From: Candidatus Latescibacterota bacterium
GTDB lineage: Bacteria > Latescibacterota > UBA2968 > UBA8231
Assembly: GCA_965261395.1 (NCBI GenBank)
Contig: OZ253462.1
Span: forward strand, 139,439-203,438
Direction: 5' to 3'
DNA: 64,000 bases
In this document: positions 54,365-64,000 of the stretch, in pieces
How positions within the stretch are numbered: position 1 is the first letter of the stretch
Layout of the letters: each line of letters starts with the position of its first letter
The notes under the pieces: generated by a model
Told to the model about the DNA's origin: nothing
The model's input: only the letters and a program-made list of their open reading frames with translations
The model's database searches: none
Program-made: the position numbers and the translations under genes

Positions 54365-55237
54365 ATGGAAATCCAACCCCAACCGCAGATATTCGACGTC
54401 GATGAGCAAAACTTTGAAGAGCTGGTCCTCCAAGGCTCGCAAGAGCGCGTCATCGTCGTCGATTTTTGGGCCCCTTGGTGTGGCCCCTGCAAAACCCTAG
54501 GCCCCATCCTCGAAGACGTCGTCGCGGCGCTTGGCCCCGGCGTGGCCCTAGCAAAAATTAACGTCGATGAAAACCAGCAGCTCGCCACGGCCTTTCGGGT
54601 CCAAGGCATCCCCGCGGTCAAAATCGTCAAGGACGGCCAGCTAGCCCAAGAATTCACCGGCGCTCTGCCCAAGGAGCAGATTGAAGCGATCCTCCGCCCC
54701 TTGGTCTCCGATGCCCTCATCCCCGAAGCCCAAGTAATTGACCAAGCCGACGACTTAGCGACCATGGGCGACCTCGACGCGGCCGCCCGCCAGTACGAGA
54801 ACGTGCTTGAGGAAAATCCCACCGACGGCCCCGCCCTCCTCGGCCTAGCGAAGATCCACCTGCAGCAGGGCCGCTTCGAGACCGTGCAGGAACTGGTCAA
54901 TCTCGTCGAGACGGACACCCCCGAGTACCCGCAGGCCCAGGCGCTGCTCACTCAGATCGAGTTTGCCCATCAGTGCCAGCAGGCAGGGGGCCGCGCCGCC
55001 TGCGCCCAGCGGATACTCGGTCAGCCCGACGACTACGAGGCCCGCTACCTCTTGGCCTGTTGCGCGGCCTCCGAAGGCGACTACGAAACCGCGTTGCAGG
55101 AATGGCTACAGGTCGTGGGTAAAAACCCCAACGGCGACCAAGCCAAGGACGCCATGATCGCCGTCTTCCATCTACTCGGCCGCGACAATCCGCTGGTGGC
55201 CGACTACCAGCGCAAGCTCTACCAAACCCTGTACTGA
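54365..55237 (+). CDS. thioredoxin-domain protein with C-terminal TPR-like domain (YbbN/CnoX-like)
   Basis: 290 aa with VVDFWAPWCGPCKTLGPILE, followed by helical repeats. Confidence 0.8.
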   Translation: MEIQPQPQIFDVDEQNFEELVLQGSQERVIVVDFWAPWCGPCKTLGPILEDVVAALGPGVALAKINVDENQQLATAFRVQGIPAVKIVKDGQLAQEFTGALPKEQIEAILRPLVSDALIPEAQVIDQADDLATMGDLDAAARQYENVLEENPTDGPALLGLAKIHLQQGRFETVQELVNLVETDTPEYPQAQALLTQIEFAHQCQQAGGRAACAQRILGQPDDYEARYLLACCAASEGDYETALQEWLQVVGKNPNGDQAKDAMIAVFHLLGRDNPLVADYQRKLYQTLY

Positions 55238-55244
55238 GGACGCC

Positions 55245-56300
55245 ATGCAGATTACCCGCCTCGAACGCACCGTCTGTTGCGTGCCCTTCCTCCCGGGCAT
55301 CCTGCCCCCGCCCGAGTACGACGAGCCCGCGCCGGGCTATCCCGAGCCGCTCTCGGCGCGGCGTCAAGACGTCCTCAGAATCCACACCGACCAAGGACTA
55401 ACCGGCCTCGGCATGAGCGGACCGTACTACGGCGACCGCACAGAGCAACCACCCGATCTGATCGGCAAAGACCCCAACACCTTTGAGCCACGCACTTTGC
55501 GCGGCGGTAGCTGGAACATCGCCCTCCTCGACCTGATCGGCAAAACGATCGGCTGGCCGCTGTGCCGCATTTTCGGCGGCAAGCTGCAAGACAAGGTACT
55601 GGTTGACTACTGGATCAGTCGGATGAGCGCTGCGGATACCGCCCGCGCGGCCCAACGCGCCGCCGAGCTGGGTTTCCACGGCATCAAAATGAAGTGCAAG
55701 TGGGAAGATGCCAATATGGAGGACCGGGTCCGCGCCAGCCTCGAAGTTGCGCCGCACCTGCGGATGGTCCTAGACTTCAACGAGCGCTTGTACAATCTCA
55801 ACAACGCGCTCGACCTAGCCCGCCGCCTCGACGGACTCGACGTGGTCCTCGAAGATCCCCTCCCCAAAACCGATCTCAACGAATATCGCCGCCTCAAGGG
55901 AGAGACCAGCGTCCTCGTCGCCCCGCACTTCCAGAACCCCCGCCAGATCATCGACGCAGTACACCTCGAAGCGGTTGACGCCTTCAACGTCGCCCCCTCG
56001 GATTGGGATTTCCTCGACATGGCGCGCATCGCCGCAAGCGGGGACATCCCCGTGTGGCAAGCCTCCAATGTCGATCTGGGGATTTTCGACGCCTTCCGCC
56101 TCCACGCCTCGGCCGCCGCGCCCAACTGCACTTTTGGCTCCGACCTCTGCGGCAACTTCGTGCACGAGCACAGCCTGCTCAAAGAGCCGCTGGTCCAAGA
56201 CGGCTACGCCATCGTGCCCACCGGCCCGGGTTTGGGCGTGGAATTGGACGAGGAGGCCGTCGCCCGCTATGCCATCTCCGCGCAGCAGTGGCCCGGCTAG
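55245..56300 (+). CDS. enolase-superfamily enzyme (mandelate racemase/muconate lactonizing family)
   Basis: 351 aa with HGIKMKCK (KxK), LDFNE and LEDP metal-ligand contexts. Confidence 0.7.
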   Translation: MQITRLERTVCCVPFLPGILPPPEYDEPAPGYPEPLSARRQDVLRIHTDQGLTGLGMSGPYYGDRTEQPPDLIGKDPNTFEPRTLRGGSWNIALLDLIGKTIGWPLCRIFGGKLQDKVLVDYWISRMSAADTARAAQRAAELGFHGIKMKCKWEDANMEDRVRASLEVAPHLRMVLDFNERLYNLNNALDLARRLDGLDVVLEDPLPKTDLNEYRRLKGETSVLVAPHFQNPRQIIDAVHLEAVDAFNVAPSDWDFLDMARIAASGDIPVWQASNVDLGIFDAFRLHASAAAPNCTFGSDLCGNFVHEHSLLKEPLVQDGYAIVPTGPGLGVELDEEAVARYAISAQQWPG

Positions 56301-57067
56301 GCCGGGACCAGCGCCTCTGCGCCAAAGATCATCGGATAGCCCTCGCCCGTGTGCACGGAGCGCGCGGCCCCGTCCATATAGGCGATGCTAAAGGCGCGGC
56401 GCGACTGACCCGTCGGGTTGATTCCCGAGCGGTGCAGCAGCAGGTTGTTGAGCAAAATCGCCTCGCCCGCCTCGGCTTCGAGGTCGATTTCCGCTCCCGG
56501 CGGCGCGCATTCGGCTAGCTGCTCCTCCGAAGGAAAGTGCCCTTCGGTGATCACTCCCCGCTTGTGGCTGCCGGGCACGATCTGCATACAGCCGTTTGCG
56601 ACCATCGCTGGGTCGAGCGCGGTCCACACCGTGATCGTCGGATTGTAACCCACGCCCCAACCCACGCCCACATCCTGATGCCAGGGCAATATCGTGCCCT
56701 TTTCCGCTGGCTTGTTCATAAACATCGCCCGGAAGATCGACACGTCTTCGCCGATATAGCGCCGAGTGATCTGGCGGAAGAGCGGGTGCTGCATATAGGT
56801 GAGATAAACGGGGTCCTGCTCCAAACCCATGATCTTGCGGTACTGAAGCGTGGTGCCCTTGTGGCCGGGAGAGACGGTCGGCATTTTCGCGTAGTCGGCA
56901 TCCTCCCCGTCGAGCTGAAAGTCCATCTCCGGGTAGGGGATCTCGCCGAGCATGATCTCGTCGATGCGCTGCCGTAATTCCGCCAGTTCCGCGTCGTCCA
57001 GTACTTTGCCGAGCCGCGCGTACCCGTGCTCCTCAAAGTGGGCGTGGTGTTCGTCGCTGTATTCCAT
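56297..57067 (-). CDS. phytanoyl-CoA dioxygenase family protein
   Basis: 256 aa with FEEHGYARLGKVL, PWHQDVG and LLHRSGIN. Confidence 0.8.
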   Translation of the reverse strand: MEYSDEHHAHFEEHGYARLGKVLDDAELAELRQRIDEIMLGEIPYPEMDFQLDGEDADYAKMPTVSPGHKGTTLQYRKIMGLEQDPVYLTYMQHPLFRQITRRYIGEDVSIFRAMFMNKPAEKGTILPWHQDVGVGWGVGYNPTITVWTALDPAMVANGCMQIVPGSHKRGVITEGHFPSEEQLAECAPPGAEIDLEAEAGEAILLNNLLLHRSGINPTGQSRRAFSIAYMDGAARSVHTGEGYPMIFGAEALVPA

Positions 57068-57173
57068 TACCTACTCCCTTCGTTTCCCTAGAAATCAGCA
57101 ATGTTCTCCCCTGTGTCAAATTTTCCTACCTTTCTACCCGCTCGTCCGCTCCGTTCCAAACGAGGAATCCACC

Positions 57174-58010
57174 ATGTCCACAGACCACACGCCCTTTCCC
57201 GCGTTGACCCCGTCCCAACGCCTACACCTCGAAATCTATGGCTATGTCGTCCTCGAAAAACTCCTGACCGAGGCCGAAGTCGCCGCGCTCCTAGAAGTTA
57301 TCTACCGGATCGAAGCCGATTTTCAGCGCACGGGCCAACTGCCCGGAGCAAGCTGCCATTTGTCTAGTTCGACTCGGGAGTTTTTCCGCATCGACAACCT
57401 CCCCCATCTAGCTCCGTGCTTCTACGAATATCTAACTCATCCTAGGATCTTGGGGATGGCTGAGGAGATCGGCGGCGGCACCGTCCGCCTAGAACAGTCA
57501 GACGCCCATATCCGGCGACCGGGTGGGGAGCAAAAGCATGGCTTCCATCGGGGCATCAACCCCGCCTATGCCCACACCGGCAACGGCCTCTATCACTTCT
57601 CCTTTGTCAAAGCGCTCACCAATCTCACCGAACTCGGCCCCGACGACGGCGGCACTACCGTCATCCCCGGAACCCACAAAATCCCCCAAGAAGTTGACGG
57701 TCGAGCAATCATCGACGCGGCCTTGGCCGACCCTGCGCTCATCCACCAAGTCGAAGCACCGGCTGGATCGACGCTGCTCTTCTACGAATCGCTGATGCAC
57801 TCCTCGGGCATCATCCGCTCGCAGCGAGATCGCGTCTTAATTCTCGGCGGCTACACCCCGACGATGTTCCAAGCGTGGAACGGCTACGACCCCGACCCCG
57901 AATTCGTCGCCGGCTTACCCGCGGAACGGGCCGCCTTGCTCACCGGCGGAACCAAATACGGCTGGCAACGCAAACTGCGCGATTTAGCCGCACCCGCAGA
58001 AACTGTTTAA
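57174..58010 (+). CDS. phytanoyl-CoA dioxygenase family protein
   Basis: The start is MSTDHTPFPALTPSQRLHLEIYGYVVLEKLL at 57174. Sequence includes FHRGIN, IPGTHK and LMHSSG. 278 aa. Confidence 0.75.
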   Translation: MSTDHTPFPALTPSQRLHLEIYGYVVLEKLLTEAEVAALLEVIYRIEADFQRTGQLPGASCHLSSSTREFFRIDNLPHLAPCFYEYLTHPRILGMAEEIGGGTVRLEQSDAHIRRPGGEQKHGFHRGINPAYAHTGNGLYHFSFVKALTNLTELGPDDGGTTVIPGTHKIPQEVDGRAIIDAALADPALIHQVEAPAGSTLLFYESLMHSSGIIRSQRDRVLILGGYTPTMFQAWNGYDPDPEFVAGLPAERAALLTGGTKYGWQRKLRDLAAPAETV

Positions 58011-58028
58011 ACGGCTAAGGAATCTCAC

Positions 58029-59777
58029 ATGCGATATGGAAGCCAAACGCGGATTTGGTGCTCTTTGCTTTGTTGCGCTTTGCTCTTAGCGTGCGGTGGT
58101 GCCGAAGACCAAGCGGGACAAGAGCCGAGTGTGCGACAAGTCCCGCGCGACCGGACGCTGATCCTCGGGCTGACCCAGATGCTGGACTACGACGCCTTCA
58201 ACCCCTTTATCCCCGGCACGGGGTCTGCGACCGGATCTAACTTTCTCTTCGAGCCGCTCTATTACTACAATGCCTATAGCGAAGAAAACAACCTCATCTC
58301 CTGGATCGCGGAGAGCCACCAATACAACGAAGATTACACCGAAGTCACCATCAAGATCCGCGCTGGGGTCCAGTGGAGCGACGGCATGCCGTGGACGGCG
58401 CGCGACTTGGTCTTCACCATTAATATGCTCAAGGCTCATGCGCCGGAACTGCTGCTGTCCACCGATATGCAAACCTGGGTCGCCGAGGCGGTGGCCGTGG
58501 ACGAGTTGACGGCGCGCATCACACTGCGGGCATCCAATCCAAGATTTCTGTTTTCGTACTTCACCGATTGTTTCGGCAATGGGGTCCGCATCGTCCCCGA
58601 GCACATCTGGAAAGACCAAGACCCCAAGACCTTCAAAAACCTCGACCTAGCCAAGGACTGGCCGGTGGTCAGCGGGCCTTATCGCCTGGCGATTACCGCT
58701 CCCGAACAGCGAGTTTGGGATCTGCGGCCGGACTGGTGGGCGGCTGGCTTGGGGTTCCAGAGACTACCCAAGGTGGAGCGCATCATCTATCTGCCCTTCG
58801 GCAGTGAAGCCAAGTGGGCTCAGCAACTCTTGGCCAACGAGATTGATTCGAGCATCGACTTGCGCCCCGTCAATATCAAGACCGTTCTCGAACAAAACCC
58901 CAATATCTCCACTTGGACAGGCAGAGAAGCACCGTACGGCTATCTGGATTGGTGGCCGCTGTCGCTGGGTTTCAACAATCTCGAAGAACCCTTCAGCGAT
59001 TCGGAGATTCGCTGGGCCATCAACTACGCGATCAATCGCGCCCAAGTAATTGACGTCGGTTGGCAAGGGGCGGGCACGTTCACGCTGCATCCCTATCCCG
59101 AATTTCCCCCGCTGATGCGCTATCTCGACCAGATCCAAGATCTTTTCGCCCAATACCAATTGAACACCTACGATCCAGCCCGCACGGCGGAGATCATGCA
59201 GCGCAAGGGATGGCACAAGGACGAGGACGGGTTTTGGAGCAAGAACGGGACGCGCTTCAAGATAGTGGTCGATGTCTTCCCCAACCTCTTCCAAGACTTC
59301 ACGCCGGTGCTGATCGAACAATTGCGCCAAGCCGGTTTTGACGCCAGCTTCCGCGCCACCAACGACGCCTATACCCGCATGACCCAAGGCACGGCTCGCG
59401 CCTTTGTGGTGGGACACGCGGCTTCGGTGCGAGATCCTTACTTCACCTTGCGCCTCTACCATAGTCGCTTCGTGCAGCCGACGGGCACCTCAGCCGAGCA
59501 CTTCTGGCGCTGGAAAAATGAGGAATTCGACGCGATCGTCGATCGCATGGCAGAGGTCGCCCCGGAAGACCCAGAGCTAGTCGCGCTCTTCCGCCGGGCG
59601 ATGGATATCTGGTTGCGCGAACTGCCTTCGATCCCGTTAATCCAGTGGTATCACCGGATTCCCCACAACGAGACCTATTGGAAAAACTGGCCCACGGCTG
59701 AAAACCCCTACGTCAACAGCGCCTACTGGCACCGCACCTGGCTGCTCGTTTTACTTAATTTAGAACCCACACAATAA
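58029..59777 (+). CDS. ABC transporter substrate-binding lipoprotein, family 5 (peptide/oligosaccharide type)
   Basis: 582 aa with the lipobox LLLACGG. The length and WSDG.P.TA.D..F motif are typical of SBP_bac_5. Confidence 0.8.
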   Translation: MRYGSQTRIWCSLLCCALLLACGGAEDQAGQEPSVRQVPRDRTLILGLTQMLDYDAFNPFIPGTGSATGSNFLFEPLYYYNAYSEENNLISWIAESHQYNEDYTEVTIKIRAGVQWSDGMPWTARDLVFTINMLKAHAPELLLSTDMQTWVAEAVAVDELTARITLRASNPRFLFSYFTDCFGNGVRIVPEHIWKDQDPKTFKNLDLAKDWPVVSGPYRLAITAPEQRVWDLRPDWWAAGLGFQRLPKVERIIYLPFGSEAKWAQQLLANEIDSSIDLRPVNIKTVLEQNPNISTWTGREAPYGYLDWWPLSLGFNNLEEPFSDSEIRWAINYAINRAQVIDVGWQGAGTFTLHPYPEFPPLMRYLDQIQDLFAQYQLNTYDPARTAEIMQRKGWHKDEDGFWSKNGTRFKIVVDVFPNLFQDFTPVLIEQLRQAGFDASFRATNDAYTRMTQGTARAFVVGHAASVRDPYFTLRLYHSRFVQPTGTSAEHFWRWKNEEFDAIVDRMAEVAPEDPELVALFRRAMDIWLRELPSIPLIQWYHRIPHNETYWKNWPTAENPYVNSAYWHRTWLLVLLNLEPTQ

Positions 59778-59821
59778 GGCATGGATGTTCAAATCGACTC
59801 CATACCAACGAAAGGAATCCC

Positions 59822-60892
59822 ATGAAGAAATCCGATCCATTTGAAAAAGGCCTCGCAGCCGGTGAGGCCGCGGCTTCTGCCGCCGGAGGCGCATCACCAA
59901 CATCGGCGAACGGCGGGCGCATGTATGTGCGCACACAGAGTTTTGGGACAACCGATGCCGAGTTGCGCTTTTTGCAGCGCTGTGGCGTGCGCCACAAGGC
60001 CGCCACCTTTCCCTTCCACCCCGACCGAGGCTGGGATCTCGACGAGTTGGTCCGGGAAAGAGAGCACCACGAGGCCTTCGGGCTGACACTGGATATGAGC
60101 GCGCTACCCATATATGAGAGATTTCCCAACATCATCTATTTTGGCAAAAGCCCGGAGCGCGACCGGGAAATCGATCTCGTATGCGAAATGATCCGAACCG
60201 CTTCGCGCGCCGGCATCAATTCTCTGCGCTATAACACTTGCGTCCTGTCCATCGACCGTACCGAACGAGAAGAAGGTCGCGGCGGCTACTACCACACTGC
60301 GTTCCGCCTGGACAAGGTCCCGGCAGAAGAACAGGCCAGGCTGACTGAGGCCGGGCGCGTCACGGCAGACATGCACTGGGAACGAATTGAGTATCTGCTC
60401 GAACGCATGATTCCGGTGGCAGAAGAATTCAAGGTTCGAATGGGCAATTCTCAGGAAGACCCTGCCACACCCCTCGGTTATAAGGGCGTTGACAAAGTCC
60501 TCAATGAATTTGAGGGCATGAAGCGTTTCATTGAGATTCAGCGCAGCCCGTATCACGGCTGGAACTTCTGCGTCGGCTCCGTCGCTGAAGGGCTCGAAGA
60601 TCCGGCCAATGAAATCTACCCCATCGTAGAATACTTTGGCAGCCGCAATACGATCTTCCTCGTTCACTATCGCAACCTCCTCGGGGGGCGCTACAGCTTC
60701 CGCGAGGCTCTGCCCGATGAAGGAGATATGGACTTCCACCGGGTATTAAAAGCCCTCAAGGACACAGGCTACTGTTACGGCATTGATCCCGACCACGTCC
60801 CGCGCACCGACGACGATCCGCAGGGCTACTATCAGTCCTATGCTTACTGCTTCGGCTACATCAATGCCATGATTCAGGCGGTCTACGGTTAA
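59822..60892 (+). CDS. mannonate dehydratase (UxuA)-like TIM-barrel enzyme
   Basis: MIPVAEEFKVRMG...CVGS...IFLVHYRN...GDMDF..VLKAL...GIDPDHVP parallels E. coli UxuA [20 protein letters not shown]...CTGS...IYFTHLRS...GDVDM...MRPDHGH, from memory. The start is uncertain (59822 or the internal MYVRTQ). Confidence 0.6.
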   Translation: MKKSDPFEKGLAAGEAAASAAGGASPTSANGGRMYVRTQSFGTTDAELRFLQRCGVRHKAATFPFHPDRGWDLDELVREREHHEAFGLTLDMSALPIYERFPNIIYFGKSPERDREIDLVCEMIRTASRAGINSLRYNTCVLSIDRTEREEGRGGYYHTAFRLDKVPAEEQARLTEAGRVTADMHWERIEYLLERMIPVAEEFKVRMGNSQEDPATPLGYKGVDKVLNEFEGMKRFIEIQRSPYHGWNFCVGSVAEGLEDPANEIYPIVEYFGSRNTIFLVHYRNLLGGRYSFREALPDEGDMDFHRVLKALKDTGYCYGIDPDHVPRTDDDPQGYYQSYAYCFGYINAMIQAVYG

Positions 60893-60920
60893 TCCATAGG
60901 TAGGTGGTAATGGTTCAGAT

Positions 60921-62333
60921 ATGAAGAACATCAATCGACCCAACATCGTCTTCATCCTCAGCGACGACCAAGGCCCTTGGGCCGCCGGCTGTTATGGCAA
61001 CACAGAAATCCGCACCCCGGCAATCGACCGCATCGCCCAGACCGGCATGCGCTTTGACAATTTCTTCGTCGCCACTCCAGTCTGTTCGCCAAGCCGCGCG
61101 ACTTTTTTGACCGGGCGGATACCCTCGCAGCACGGGGTCCACGACTGGATCCGAGAGGGCAATGTCGGCGCGTCCGCAGCCGCTTATCTCGCAGGCGAGG
61201 TGGCTTATACCGACATCCTCGCTGACAATGGCTGGGTCTGCGGGCTAAGCGGCAAGTGGCACCTCGGGCACAGCCAACTCGCGCAGCACGGCTTTTCGCA
61301 TTGGTACGTACATCAGCAGGGCGGCGGGCCGTACAACGACGCACCCATGATCCGCGACGGCGAGCTGATCACCGAGCCGGGCTACGTGACAACGGCGATC
61401 ACCGACGACGCGCTGGCGTTTATCGATCGGCATGCCGACAGTGACTCACCCTTTTACCTAGGCGTCCACTACACCGCGCCGCATAGTCCGTGGACTGGCC
61501 ACCCACAGGAAATCGTCGATTCCTATGACGACTGCGCGTTCGACTCCTGCCCGCAGGAGGAAATTCACCCTTGGGCGGTGGGCCACCCGCTGAGCGAAAA
61601 CTGCTTGGGCAACCGCGAGATGCTCAAGGGCTATTTCGCGGCGGTGACGGCCATGGACCGCGACATCGGGCGAATCATCGACAAGCTAAAAGAAAAGGGT
61701 CTACGCGAGGACACGCTCGTTGTCTTCGTCAGCGACAATGGCTTTAGCTGCGGCCACCACGGCTTTTGGGGCAAAGGCAACGGCACCTATCCGCCAAACA
61801 TGTACGAGAACTCGATCAAGGTGCCCTTCGTCATCAGCCACCCCGGCCGCATACCTGCGGGGAGCGTCCAAACGGCTATGGTCAGCGCCTACGACTTTAT
61901 GCCGACCTTGCTCGACTATCTAGGACTGCCGCTGCCCAAGGACCTCGACTGGCCCGGACAAAGCGCGCTGCCGCTATTGTTAGGAGCAGACGACACCGGT
62001 CGGCAGGAAGTCGTCATCTACGACGAGTACGGGGCGACGCGGATGATGCGCACCGAGGAATGGAAATACGTTCACCGCTATCCAGATGGACCGCACGAAC
62101 TCTACGACCTAGCCAACGATCCGGCCGAGCGCGCCAATCTGGTGGACGATCCCGGCCAAGCGGAGCGAATCGGCGACCTAAAGCAGCGACTAGAGGAGTG
62201 GTACGAACGCTACGTAGTGCCCGATCGCGACGGTCGCAATTTCGCGGTGACGGGCAAGGGACAGCTCAGACCGGTGGGCGGTCAGTGGGAAGACGGCACC
62301 ACTCAGCGTCCCCAACCTTTCGCTCAGGGGTAG
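60921..62333 (+). CDS. sulfatase (formylglycine-dependent, arylsulfatase A family)
   Basis: 470 aa with NIVFILSDDQG and the FGly motif PVCSPSRATFLTGR. Confidence 0.9.
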   Translation: MKNINRPNIVFILSDDQGPWAAGCYGNTEIRTPAIDRIAQTGMRFDNFFVATPVCSPSRATFLTGRIPSQHGVHDWIREGNVGASAAAYLAGEVAYTDILADNGWVCGLSGKWHLGHSQLAQHGFSHWYVHQQGGGPYNDAPMIRDGELITEPGYVTTAITDDALAFIDRHADSDSPFYLGVHYTAPHSPWTGHPQEIVDSYDDCAFDSCPQEEIHPWAVGHPLSENCLGNREMLKGYFAAVTAMDRDIGRIIDKLKEKGLREDTLVVFVSDNGFSCGHHGFWGKGNGTYPPNMYENSIKVPFVISHPGRIPAGSVQTAMVSAYDFMPTLLDYLGLPLPKDLDWPGQSALPLLLGADDTGRQEVVIYDEYGATRMMRTEEWKYVHRYPDGPHELYDLANDPAERANLVDDPGQAERIGDLKQRLEEWYERYVVPDRDGRNFAVTGKGQLRPVGGQWEDGTTQRPQPFAQG

Positions 62334-62356
62334 CTAGTGGCAGGTGTGGCACGCGC

Positions 62357-63202
62357 TCACTCCGGCAACACACTCCGCGCCGGCACAAATCCCAACTCCG
62401 CTTTAATCCGCGCAATATCATACACCGGATCCCGCTCGTGCCCCGCCCGCTCATAATGCGCCATGTCGATCTCCTCAGCATCCGCCCCATACCAAATCCG
62501 CATCAACTCCGGCACCGTACAGGCCACACAGGCCTGCGTTCCCACCGCGTTCAAAATCCGCACCCCCGCCTTGTGCGCGCTCTCGGCCGCCAGCCGGAAG
62601 CACCGCACCGCATCGCTCAAATACATACACGAAATCGCCCCCATCCCCCACGGTCCCACCGGCCCCGGCTGCCGTGGCGCAGGCACCCTGTCCTCGGGCC
62701 AAATCGAAGCCAGCCTAATATTGATGAAGTCTAGGTCCTCCCGCTGCCGCGCCAGATAGCGGGTCGTCTCCTCCATCATGTATTTGGAAAAACCGTAGCC
62801 ATCGCGGTCGAGACACGGATGCTCATCCGACATCGGCAGTTCAAGCGGCCGAAAATGCACCGACTGCATCCCGACTGCCGCAATCGACGAGGCCAATGCG
62901 AATTTGCCGCAACCCCGATCGATCAGATAGCGCAACAAGCCGTAGGTCCCCATGACATTGGCCCGCATGAGATCCGCTTCGGCGCCCGCGCCCGTCACCG
63001 CCCCCAGATGGACCAGCGCGTCGAAGTCCCACCGGTCCAACTGGTGCAGATCCTCCACCCGCGAAAAGTCTCCAACCACCACCGCCACCCCCGCGACCTC
63101 CGTCGGCTGGCGCGACAGACAGACCACCTCGTGGTCCGCCGCCATATCCGCGGCCAACGCCCGGCCGATAAAACCGCTAGTCCCCGTAATCAATACGCGC
63201 AT
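62357..63202 (-). CDS. NAD-dependent epimerase/dehydratase
   Basis: 281 aa with MRVLITGTSGFIGRALA and the YGFSK YxxxK. Confidence 0.8.
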   Translation of the reverse strand: MRVLITGTSGFIGRALAADMAADHEVVCLSRQPTEVAGVAVVVGDFSRVEDLHQLDRWDFDALVHLGAVTGAGAEADLMRANVMGTYGLLRYLIDRGCGKFALASSIAAVGMQSVHFRPLELPMSDEHPCLDRDGYGFSKYMMEETTRYLARQREDLDFINIRLASIWPEDRVPAPRQPGPVGPWGMGAISCMYLSDAVRCFRLAAESAHKAGVRILNAVGTQACVACTVPELMRIWYGADAEEIDMAHYERAGHERDPVYDIARIKAELGFVPARSVLPE

Positions 63203-63203
63203 C

Positions 63204-64000
63204 TCAACCTCCCGGCGGGGCGATCCGCTCCCGCCCTAAGCCTTCGGGACGCACAAAATCCTTGTAGCGCACCAAAATTTCCGCCCCATTAATGCTGCGG
63301 GCAAAACCCGCGCGCGCCTCCAGTTTCTTCACCTCGATCTCCACCCGATTGGCCCCGCGCCTTATTTCCTCCGCTGCTATACGAAAACGGAACCAGTGCG
63401 CTGAAAAACCCAACGGGGCCTGCACCGCCATACTGCCGGCGAGCTGAACGGGAATGGTCAGCGCGCGCTCGTCGCTGATTTCGGCTTCGGCGCGAGGCAA
63501 GACCCGACCGTTAAAGCGCATCTCGATCTCGTCCTCAATGCAGAAAAAGGCAAAGCGCAGCGTCAAAATGGCCGGGCGCATCTCGCCATCGCGCCGGGCG
63601 CTCTCCACATCGTCGGCCACCCATATATCGAGCGCGACCGTCTCGCCCTCCAAGAGCTGTTCCGGCACTTGGCGCTCCGGCGTAGAAGTCTCCTCACCCA
63701 ACACTCCCTCGCGCGGCTGTAACAAGTAGCGCTTGTCGCGCCGGGCGTGTACCTGCGGATAGGCCACCTCGCGCAGGATCTGGTACTCGCGCTCTGCAAA
63801 GGGCCAAGGCATATAGCCCAAATACATCCCGGCGTAGCCCTGCCAAGCGAGGGTCTGGCTAAGGGCGCGGTACATCTCAATGCTCGGCAACCCCACCCGC
63901 TCGTCGTAGATCCGCCGCGGCGGCCGGTAATACGCCGCACCGCCAGCATTCTCGGCCACTTCGGCCAACCACGGCGCCTGAATGCCTGGATCAACCAGCG
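63204..64000 (-). CDS. hypothetical protein; 5' end beyond the window
   Basis: The frame stays open from the listed TTG at 63968 to the window edge, reading ...LVDPGIQAPWLAEVAENAGG. No family recognised. Confidence 0.55.
   Translation of the reverse strand, partial: LVDPGIQAPWLAEVAENAGGAAYYRPPRRIYDERVGLPSIEMYRALSQTLAWQGYAGMYLGYMPWPFAEREYQILREVAYPQVHARRDKRYLLQPREGVLGEETSTPERQVPEQLLEGETVALDIWVADDVESARRDGEMRPAILTLRFAFFCIEDEIEMRFNGRVLPRAEAEISDERALTIPVQLAGSMAVQAPLGFSAHWFRFRIAAEEIRRGANRVEIEVKKLEARAGFARSINGAEILVRYKDFVRPEGLGRERIAPPGG

Overview
High-GC bacterial chromosomal segment; taxon not determinable from the sequence. One hisD line I hand-counted is 70% G+C. It has three parts. (1) 1-29.5 kb is core-like. 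It holds a secreted Calx-beta/cadherin-like repeat protein, a YfhO-like protein plus a GT4 glycosyltransferase, and a HEAT-lipoprotein-hisG-hisD-hisB operon joined by ATGA overlaps. It also holds a TPR protein, rdgB, a heterodimeric ABC exporter, an IMP dehydrogenase and a phosphonoacetate-type phosphonate catabolic cluster (Zn-ADH, phnA, phnY, FAD oxidase). A K+ channel, an MlrC-like peptidase and selD complete it. (2) About 29.6-52 kb is compositionally heterogeneous and accessory. Its core is a mosaic island from 35.58 to 49.5 kb, whose left part (35.6-37.7 kb) is clearly AT-rich (43% in a hand-counted line), while some island segments, such as the PQQ dehydrogenase gene, stay high-GC. A 17-nt direct repeat brackets the island, and copies of a modular ~180-280 nt repeat subdivide it. 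The island carries IS91-like and IS110-like debris, a LuxR fragment and a frameshifted PQQ dehydrogenase. It also has two adjacent proteins with HEPN-type Rx4H motifs. An XRE/ImmA (CapH/CapP-like) pair sits in front of a four-gene Ubl-E2-JAB-E1 operon with Bil-type ubiquitin-like conjugation architecture. katG follows the island. (3) 52-64 kb returns to high GC with GT4, a D-threonine-aldolase-like enzyme, thioredoxin-TPR, an enolase-superfamily enzyme, two PhyH dioxygenases, an SBP, a UxuA-like enzyme, a sulfatase and an epimerase. Two genes are split or truncated in the ORF track because they contain in-frame TGA codons at known selenocysteine positions. These are a SelW/Rdx-like CxxU protein (10817-11050) and selD itself (U at the position of E. 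coli Cys17). The most interesting region is the putative defence island at 38.7-49.2 kb. All functional calls come from reading motifs by eye and from memory of protein families; no searches were run.
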